Shown in pieces: positions 58,179 to 64,000 of a stretch of 64,000 bases of DNA. This DNA is from Streptosporangiaceae bacterium (GTDB taxonomy: Bacteria; Actinomycetota; Actinomycetes; Streptosporangiales; Streptosporangiaceae). Under the pieces are notes generated by a model. It made no database searches. It saw only the letters and a program-made list of their open reading frames with translations, and was not told the origin of the DNA. Each line of letters starts with the position of its first letter. Within the stretch, counting starts at the first letter, position 1. A program made the translations under genes and the position numbers. The DNA is taken from positions 2,539-66,538 of the forward strand of contig DATNEK010000062.1 of assembly GCA_035553055.1 (NCBI GenBank), in the 5' to 3' direction.

Positions 58179-59438
58179 CTAGTGCCCGCCTAGTGGACCG
58201 GCGAAGGCGGCGGAGTCGCGGCAGGCGTTCGCGCGCGCGGTGATGCCGCCGTATTGCCCGGCCAGGTGCGACGACTGTGAGCCGCGGCCAGGTCCCTGCT
58301 GGCCGTCTGGCTTCGCAGCGGCTGCCGCGGAAGCCGGGGCATGGCCGGCCTCCGGGGTGGCGCGCGCGGCATCCGCGCGGCGTTCCGCTGCTTCGCGCGG
58401 GCCCGATCCGCGCTGTCCCGGCAGGTTGCGGTCGTGGGCTATCGCACTGAACAGATCGCTTGCCTGGGGTGCCCACTGAACCCAGTTCTGGTTCTTCGGA
58501 TACACGACGACCGGGATCTGGATGAAGCGCACGGCCGAGAGCTTCATGCTCTGCAGGTGGTTGGCCAGCCAGATCAAGTTCGCCTGAGTCAGCCCGCTGT
58601 CGGTCGTCAGCGACGCCGCGATGTCGGAGACGATCTTGTAGACCTGCGCCGGGTCGCCGAATAGGTTGGCCCGTTTCACCTCCTGGGCTACCGAAGCCAT
58701 GAGGAACTGGTCGCGTTGTATCCGCTCAAGGTCGGAGCCGGCGCCGATGTACCTGACCCGCCAGTACGCCAGCGCCGTCGCTCCCCACACGTGATGCAGG
58801 CCGCTTGAGAGCCGCAGCCTGGAGCGCGCGTCGTGGATCGCGAACGGCAGGCAGATGTCTACGCCACCAAGATCGTTGACGACGTGTTCGAACCCGGTGA
58901 AGTTGAGTTCCATGAAATGGTCAAGGCGAATGTGCGTGGCCTGCTCGATCGTCTTCCACAAGCAGTCGGGTCCGCCAAGCGCGAACGTCGCGTTGATCTG
59001 CTCGATCTGGCGGAGCTGGCCCATCTGGCCAGGAAAGCCGTCAACGGCGGCGCAGGGGAGCACAGGGACCACGGAGTCGCGCGGGATGCTGAGCACGGTC
59101 GCCCGCCGCAGGCCAGGTGACAGGTGCAGCACGAGCACGGTGTCTGACCGCTGCCCACCGATGCGAGCCCCGTACCTGGCGTTCTTGCCCTGCCTGCTGT
59201 CCGAGCCGATGACCAGAATGTTCAGCGAGTCGTTGAGCTTCGGCGGCCGCTTGCCAAGGTCTATCACCGGCACATGGTGGATTCTGCCGACGATCGCGCG
59301 GTAGGCCGCGTACCCAGTCAGCACGGCGGCGACGAGCAGGCAGGCGGTCGCAACGGCAACCCACACGCCGGCATGGGGCGTGGTCCGCCCTCGCGGCCCA
59401 CGCCCCGCAGTTCGCCGCCTTTCTCCCCCGTATTCCAT
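58179..59438 (-). CDS. LCP (LytR-CpsA-Psr) family glycopolymer ligase
   Basis: TM anchor, then NILVIGSDSR...SDTVLVLHL...VLSIPRD. It has no LytR_C domain. Confidence 0.9.
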   Translation of the reverse strand: MEYGGERRRTAGRGPRGRTTPHAGVWVAVATACLLVAAVLTGYAAYRAIVGRIHHVPVIDLGKRPPKLNDSLNILVIGSDSRQGKNARYGARIGGQRSDTVLVLHLSPGLRRATVLSIPRDSVVPVLPCAAVDGFPGQMGQLRQIEQINATFALGGPDCLWKTIEQATHIRLDHFMELNFTGFEHVVNDLGGVDICLPFAIHDARSRLRLSSGLHHVWGATALAYWRVRYIGAGSDLERIQRDQFLMASVAQEVKRANLFGDPAQVYKIVSDIAASLTTDSGLTQANLIWLANHLQSMKLSAVRFIQIPVVVYPKNQNWVQWAPQASDLFSAIAHDRNLPGQRGSGPREAAERRADAARATPEAGHAPASAAAAAKPDGQQGPGRGSQSSHLAGQYGGITARANACRDSAAFAGPLGGH

Positions 59439-59830
59439 AACCTAGGGAGGGTTCTTAGCCGTCCTAGGCCGCGTTAATCCCAGGCCAGAGGAGCCTCACG
59501 GCCAAACTTTGACTGGGAGAGCTGACGAAAGCGAGCGGTGACCTGGTCCGGCGAGGTTGTGCTGGTGCCGGGCCGGGAGAGCGCGATTTCGTCCGCTGCT
59601 GCCATGTGACCACGCGAGATGATCCCCGTTTCTCCATGATCAACCGCCCGGAGCGATGGATCCGGGATTCCATCGCGCCCTGCGCGCCGCGCACTGCGCC
59701 GTCCGGCGCGATGGATCCGGGGTTTCATCAGGGAAAACGGGGGTGAATACGGCAACCCATCGCGGCACTCGACCGGCCCGGCGCGATGAAACCGGCAACC
59801 CATCGCACCCCCGCCGCAGCAGACCGGCAG

Positions 59831-59980
59831 GGCACTCCGCAAGCACCCAGCACCACGGCACTCCGCACCGCAGGTAACGCCGGCACTGCGTACCGCAGGT
59901 AACGCACACACTGCGCACCGCAGGTTAACGCCGGCGCCCCGCACTGCGGGAACCACGGCACCTCACAGTGCGGCGACCCG
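59831..59980. repeat. About 6 degenerate ~25-bp tandem units, each with a CTGCG..CGCAG inverted core
   Basis: GGCACTCCGCACCGCAGGTAACGCC (59857-59881), GGCACTGCGTACCGCAGGTAACGCA (59882-59906) and CACACTGCGCACCGCAGGTTAACGCC (59907-59932), flanked by diverged units. Confidence 0.8.
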
Positions 59981-60147
59981 GCCGCGCTAGCCCGAACCCC
60001 GCCGCCAGGCTAGGTCCGGCACGGCCAGCCAGCAATGTCGGCGCGCTGCCGCCACGCACACCGCATGAGCCGACACCGCCCCGCTACCCCGCCCGCACAC
60101 CGCGCTAGTGGCCTGTCAAGCCGATAGGCCGAGTTTCGCCGAGCCTC

Positions 60148-61776
60148 TTAGGCGCCAGTGAACGCGGTTCCGTAGCCTCTGCAGACGTTCGTTCCGCCGG
60201 TGTAGCCGCTGTATTGCTTGGCGAGATTGCCTGGCGGCGCGCTCTGCTGCGGCGCGAGCGTCTTGAAGTCGGAACCGAGTATGAGCGTGACCGTGCCTGC
60301 CGTTATCGACGGGGTGAGCTGGAGCGTGACGTTCTTGCCTAGCTGTGCCGCGACAGTGCGGGCGGCCGCGAGATCTGCCGTCGAACCGTACTCCACGATC
60401 GACCCGATATAGCTGAACGTGGCCGCGCTCGACCAGCCGAGCACGTGGAAACCACGCTGGGTCAGCGCGGTGCCGGTGACGCTGGCGATGTTCTGCACGC
60501 CGGAGCCGTTCAGCACCTCGACGCTGACCTTCGACGTGCTGAGCAGCTTGGGTCCGGTGCTACTCGGGTTGGTGCGCTTGGCCTTGCCTTTGCCCGCCCG
60601 AGAGCCTGCCTTGCCTTTCTTGCCCTTGTGCACCTTCGGCAGCTTGACATCGTGTGCGACAGCGCTGAAAAGCGTTGGGTCTTGCGTCGGATCCATTTCA
60701 ACCCAGTTGGGATTGCCTGGGTAGGTAGTCGTCGGAATCTCGACGAACTGAATAGCCTTACCGTGGATCCCGGCCATGCTCCGGCCGATATCGAGGATCT
60801 TGGTAGGGCTCAGCCCAGCGTCGGTGGTCAGCGCGTGCGCGTGCACGATCGCCGACACGATCGAGTAGGTCTTGGTCAGGCTGTGCAGTACTTCGGTCTT
60901 GAGTATCCGCTGCACGACCGCGACCATCAGCAACTGGTCACGCTGGATCCGCTGCAGGTCAGAGCCGAGGCCGAAGTCCTCGCGCAACCGCCAGAACTCG
61001 AGCGCCTTGTAGCCCTTGAGGAAATGCTTGCCTGCCGTCAGGCTCAGGTGGTCATAGCGGCTCGGAAGGACCGGGGCTGGAAGGCACACCCAGACTCCGC
61101 CGAGCGCGTCGATCACGCTGATGAACCCGGTGAAGTTCAGCTCGACGAAGTCATCGATCCTGATGTGGGTGGTCTGCTCGAGGGTCTTCCACAGACAGCC
61201 AGGACCGCCGTAAGCGAACGTGGAGTTGAGCTGCTCGACATTCGGAAGGGGCTGCGCGGTCTGGCCGCCGAAGCCTGGCTCTGGCGTGCAGGACAGGATC
61301 GGCACCACGGTGTCACGCGGGAAGCTGAGCACGTAGATGTGGCTGTGACCAGGCGAGATGTGCACGATCATGACCGTGTCCGACCGCTGGCCCTGGGCGA
61401 ACCCGCCGATTTTGCGGTTGCGGCCCGATCGGCTGTCCGACCCGATCAGCAGGACGTTCATGGCGTTGTTGAACTTGGGCGGTCGCTTGCCGAGGTCGGT
61501 GACCGCGATGTGGTTGATGCCGTCGAGCACGTCGCGGTACTTGACGTAGCCAGCGAGCGCAGTCAGCACTAGCACCAACGTCAGTCCGATAGCCGACCAG
61601 CCAGTGACCAGCGTCCTAGCCGGATAGCGACCGACGCCAAGCACGCGCCCCAAACTCCATCGACGGCGCTGGCCGCGACGTTGACGCATGTCCCAGGCGC
61701 CACCACGGCGCGAGCGCGTCATCCAATCCTCCGGGCTGTGTTCGCGGCTACCGAATTCACGGACTGCCGAGGTCAC
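60148..61776 (-). CDS. LCP family glycopolymer ligase with a LytR_C domain
   Basis: NVLLIGSDSR...SDTVMIVHI...VLSFPRD and LytR_C segment VEVLNGSGVQNI...LILGSDF. The start is uncertain (61776, 61722 or 61689). Confidence 0.9.
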   Translation of the reverse strand: MTSAVREFGSREHSPEDWMTRSRRGGAWDMRQRRGQRRRWSLGRVLGVGRYPARTLVTGWSAIGLTLVLVLTALAGYVKYRDVLDGINHIAVTDLGKRPPKFNNAMNVLLIGSDSRSGRNRKIGGFAQGQRSDTVMIVHISPGHSHIYVLSFPRDTVVPILSCTPEPGFGGQTAQPLPNVEQLNSTFAYGGPGCLWKTLEQTTHIRIDDFVELNFTGFISVIDALGGVWVCLPAPVLPSRYDHLSLTAGKHFLKGYKALEFWRLREDFGLGSDLQRIQRDQLLMVAVVQRILKTEVLHSLTKTYSIVSAIVHAHALTTDAGLSPTKILDIGRSMAGIHGKAIQFVEIPTTTYPGNPNWVEMDPTQDPTLFSAVAHDVKLPKVHKGKKGKAGSRAGKGKAKRTNPSSTGPKLLSTSKVSVEVLNGSGVQNIASVTGTALTQRGFHVLGWSSAATFSYIGSIVEYGSTADLAAARTVAAQLGKNVTLQLTPSITAGTVTLILGSDFKTLAPQQSAPPGNLAKQYSGYTGGTNVCRGYGTAFTGA

Positions 61777-62001
61777 GGACTGCCGAGTTCATGGGCTGCC
61801 GAGTTCACGGGCTGCCAAAATCGCATGGTGCCGGTGTCGCGCCCTATGGTACGCGCTCCGGTGAGGAAATATCGCCCGTAAGCACTGGGTCGTGTCGCGG
61901 CCGAGTCCGTAGGCCGCCGGACGGGTCGACCGGGCCCGGCGGAACATTCGGCGGAATAACACGCCTCGGCGACATTTGCGTGACGCGCCAGTCCACTTAC
62001 A

Positions 62002-64000
62002 GTGGAGCCCGTGACCTTGCCTCCATTGCCGCCGCCCGGAGACCAGGAGGAGGTCTCAGGCCGGTCAGATAACGGGATCGCAAGCCGCAGCAGAGCCGGC
62101 GTGCACCTGGCAGCGCGATGGCGTACTCGTTCCCAGCAGCGACCTGGCGATTCTCCGGGAGCGGAGACCAAATCGGCCAACGGCGCCGTCGAAGATGATG
62201 CCGCGAAGAAAACCGATACGGGTTCTGCCGCGTCTACGAATGTGAGGGGCCAATCAGGGCAGGGAGCGGTGGTGGCGAGGCACACAACGGCCAGCGACAA
62301 GGCCGCGCAGGACATTGCGACTGGGCAGGACAACCCGAATGGTGAGGCTGGCATGGCGGCCACGCCAGCGCCCGCACCGGCCCAGACCGCCGCTGCGACC
62401 AAAGTTCGGTCAAGGCCGCTGCGAACATTGCCCGCCCTGCTGACCTTCCGCGGCCCCGGCACGACGCGGGTCAAGCGGGTCAAGCGGGTCAAGCGGCCAA
62501 CCTGGCTGGTCTGGCCTGGCTGGCTGCCCAGGCGGCGCCGCAGCTCCGCGCCAGGTGCGATCGCGCGGCCGGGACGGACGCACGACCTCGCGGCGCGGGC
62601 GTTCGCTAGGCTCACCGTCCTGCCAGCGGTGCTCGTCGTCTCGTGGCTGCTAACCGGCCTGCCGCTGCTGCTCGCCGGCGAGTTCCTGCCGGTGCCTATG
62701 CTGCTCATCTCGGCGCCCCTGGCGACAGCGATCGCCGTCAACGTGCTGCACCGAGTTCCCAGCCACTGGCCGTCGGAGTTTCCTGGTCAGGCGCGGGAGC
62801 GAAGCTGGATGCCGTGGTTCGGCCTGCTCGGCACCGCGCTTGTGGCCGGCGGCTTCGTCGGCTGGCAGCTAGCGAAGAACTCGCCATCCGTGATCGCCAC
62901 GCGGACGCCTGGCGCGTACTTCCAGACCGGATACTGGCTGGCGCAGCACGGCTCGCTGCCGATCCCTGCATCACTGGCAGCGTTCGGGGGGACGCACGCG
63001 GGGCTGCACTTGTCGAGCATCGGGTTCTTCGCGCAGGGACATTCAGTGGTCCCGGCAGTCGTGGCGGGATTGCCGATGCTGCTCGCCGGCGGGTTCTGGA
63101 CCAGTGGTGTTGGCGGCGGAACGTTGGTCATGCCCGTGCTCGGAGGGCTCGCGGTCCTCGCGTTCGGAGGGCTGGTCGGCAGGCTCGCCGGGCGGCAGTG
63201 GGCGCCGGCGGGCGCACTGGTGCTCGCAGTCACAATGCCCGAGCTTTACACAAGCAGGGACTCGTTTAGCGAGCCAGCTATCCAGGTCCTGCTGTTCGGC
63301 GGGTTGTGCCTGCTGCTCGATGCGCTGACCTCCAGTCGCAGTGCACTCGTCAAGCCAGCAGTGGATGACTCGGTTGCCAGGACCCTGCGGCTGGCCGATT
63401 CCGTGATCGCCGTCGGCTCGGCTGGGACAGCGGAGCCGGGAGTGGCTGAACCGGATGGAGCGGCTGAGCCGGTTGCGGTAGCTGGCTCGGGCAAGAGCAC
63501 CACGCCCGATGTGACCGTCCCGATACCAGCTGTCGCCGCTCGCAAACCGGGACGCGGCGGGGTGCTCGGCCTGGCCGAGCGGCTGCTTGCCCGCGCGAAG
63601 CGCCTGGCCGCCTGGCCGCGAACGGTGAACTGGCGCACTCTCTGGCCTACTGTGACGTCGCGGCTCACCGCCGAGCGGATGCTTGCCGCGCTAGGCGGAA
63701 TCGCGCTCGGAATGACATCTCTGCTCAGCCTCGGGTCGCTCGTGTATCTCCTTCCGGCGATCGCCGTGGGCGGAGTCCTTCTGGTGGCTCGGCGGTCGGT
63801 TGGCGTTATTTTCTCCCTTGGGCTTTTTCTTGGTTGCGGGTACGGCGTGGCGGCCGGGTATGTGCTCGCCCGCCCGTGGGCCGACACGATCGCATCGCCG
63901 CTGAAGGTGATCGGCGCTGACGCGGCTGGGACCGCCGTGGTGACCGCCTTGGTGATCATGGCGATGCGACCGGCGCGGGTGCGGCGGGTGGTCCGCAAGA
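62002..64000 (+). CDS. Large polytopic membrane protein with a long basic/disordered N-terminal region; partial, runs off the right edge
   Basis: Absent from the ORF track because it has no stop in the window. The frame is open from 61984 to the window end. High-GC3 translation ...LTVLPAVLVVSWLLTGLPLLLAGEF...TPGAYFQTGYWLAQHGSLPIP...MPELYTSRDSFSEPAIQVLLFGGL... shows many TM helices. Candidate starts are GTG 62002 or 62011 and ATG 62353. A glycosyltransferase-C-like role is only a guess from context. Confidence 0.7.
   Translation, partial: MEPVTLPPLPPPGDQEEVSGRSDNGIASRSRAGVHLAARWRTRSQQRPGDSPGAETKSANGAVEDDAAKKTDTGSAASTNVRGQSGQGAVVARHTTASDKAAQDIATGQDNPNGEAGMAATPAPAPAQTAAATKVRSRPLRTLPALLTFRGPGTTRVKRVKRVKRPTWLVWPGWLPRRRRSSAPGAIARPGRTHDLAARAFARLTVLPAVLVVSWLLTGLPLLLAGEFLPVPMLLISAPLATAIAVNVLHRVPSHWPSEFPGQARERSWMPWFGLLGTALVAGGFVGWQLAKNSPSVIATRTPGAYFQTGYWLAQHGSLPIPASLAAFGGTHAGLHLSSIGFFAQGHSVVPAVVAGLPMLLAGGFWTSGVGGGTLVMPVLGGLAVLAFGGLVGRLAGRQWAPAGALVLAVTMPELYTSRDSFSEPAIQVLLFGGLCLLLDALTSSRSALVKPAVDDSVARTLRLADSVIAVGSAGTAEPGVAEPDGAAEPVAVAGSGKSTTPDVTVPIPAVAARKPGRGGVLGLAERLLARAKRLAAWPRTVNWRTLWPTVTSRLTAERMLAALGGIALGMTSLLSLGSLVYLLPAIAVGGVLLVARRSVGVIFSLGLFLGCGYGVAAGYVLARPWADTIASPLKVIGADAAGTAVVTALVIMAMRPARVRRVVRK

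Noticed and set aside
61773-63998. ORFs 61773-62741 (-), 62643-63269 (+), 62787-63233 (-) and 63246-63998 (-)
   Set aside because: They are shadows of the unlisted plus-strand membrane-protein frame that is open from 61984 to the window end. Their translations are low-complexity.

Overview
The window is a GC-rich chromosomal segment with strong third-position GC bias, from a mycothiol-using actinobacterium (it carries an mca homologue). I support about 55 protein-coding genes. I see no rRNA, tRNA, CRISPR array, transposase or integrase. From memory, the backbone gene order matches the M. tuberculosis Rv1074c-Rv1095 neighbourhood: thiolase, cbs, metB, greA, mca, a small membrane protein, a thioredoxin-domain protein, a short-chain Z-prenyl transferase and phoH2. 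Lineage-specific blocks sit between these anchors. They are a GH15 hydrolase, a ChlI-like AAA+/VWA pair, a ROK kinase, hppD with an Lrp regulator, a TetR/MFS pair, a peptide-salvage island, treY-treZ, a Fur regulator, an NlpC/P60 hydrolase and an ATP-type PEPCK. The peptide-salvage island holds an AstE-like deacylase, a PanE-amidase fusion, a 5-gene peptide ABC importer, an isoaspartyl peptidase, an M55 D-aminopeptidase and a LacI regulator. The right third of the window is a cell-envelope glycopolymer locus with three LCP ligases, two GT2 enzymes and an IspD/TarI-like cytidylyltransferase. This locus contains the most interesting candidate system: a translationally coupled operon at 52813-58117. 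It encodes a polytopic membrane protein, a LicC-like phospho-alcohol cytidylyltransferase, a glycerol-1-phosphate-dehydrogenase-like enzyme, a CDP-alcohol phosphotransferase and a GT2. Other points are a REP-like G5-ACGA-C5 hairpin repeat, two copies of which are translated as the tail of a gene. There are also four unrelated period-15 tandem repeats and dense repeat nests in two long non-coding regions. Two real ORFs are absent from the supplied track: a 59-aa membrane protein and a large membrane protein that runs off the right edge. Many long ORFs in the track are antisense or off-frame shadows typical of high-GC DNA. All functional calls rest on motif recognition by eye, and no database search was run.
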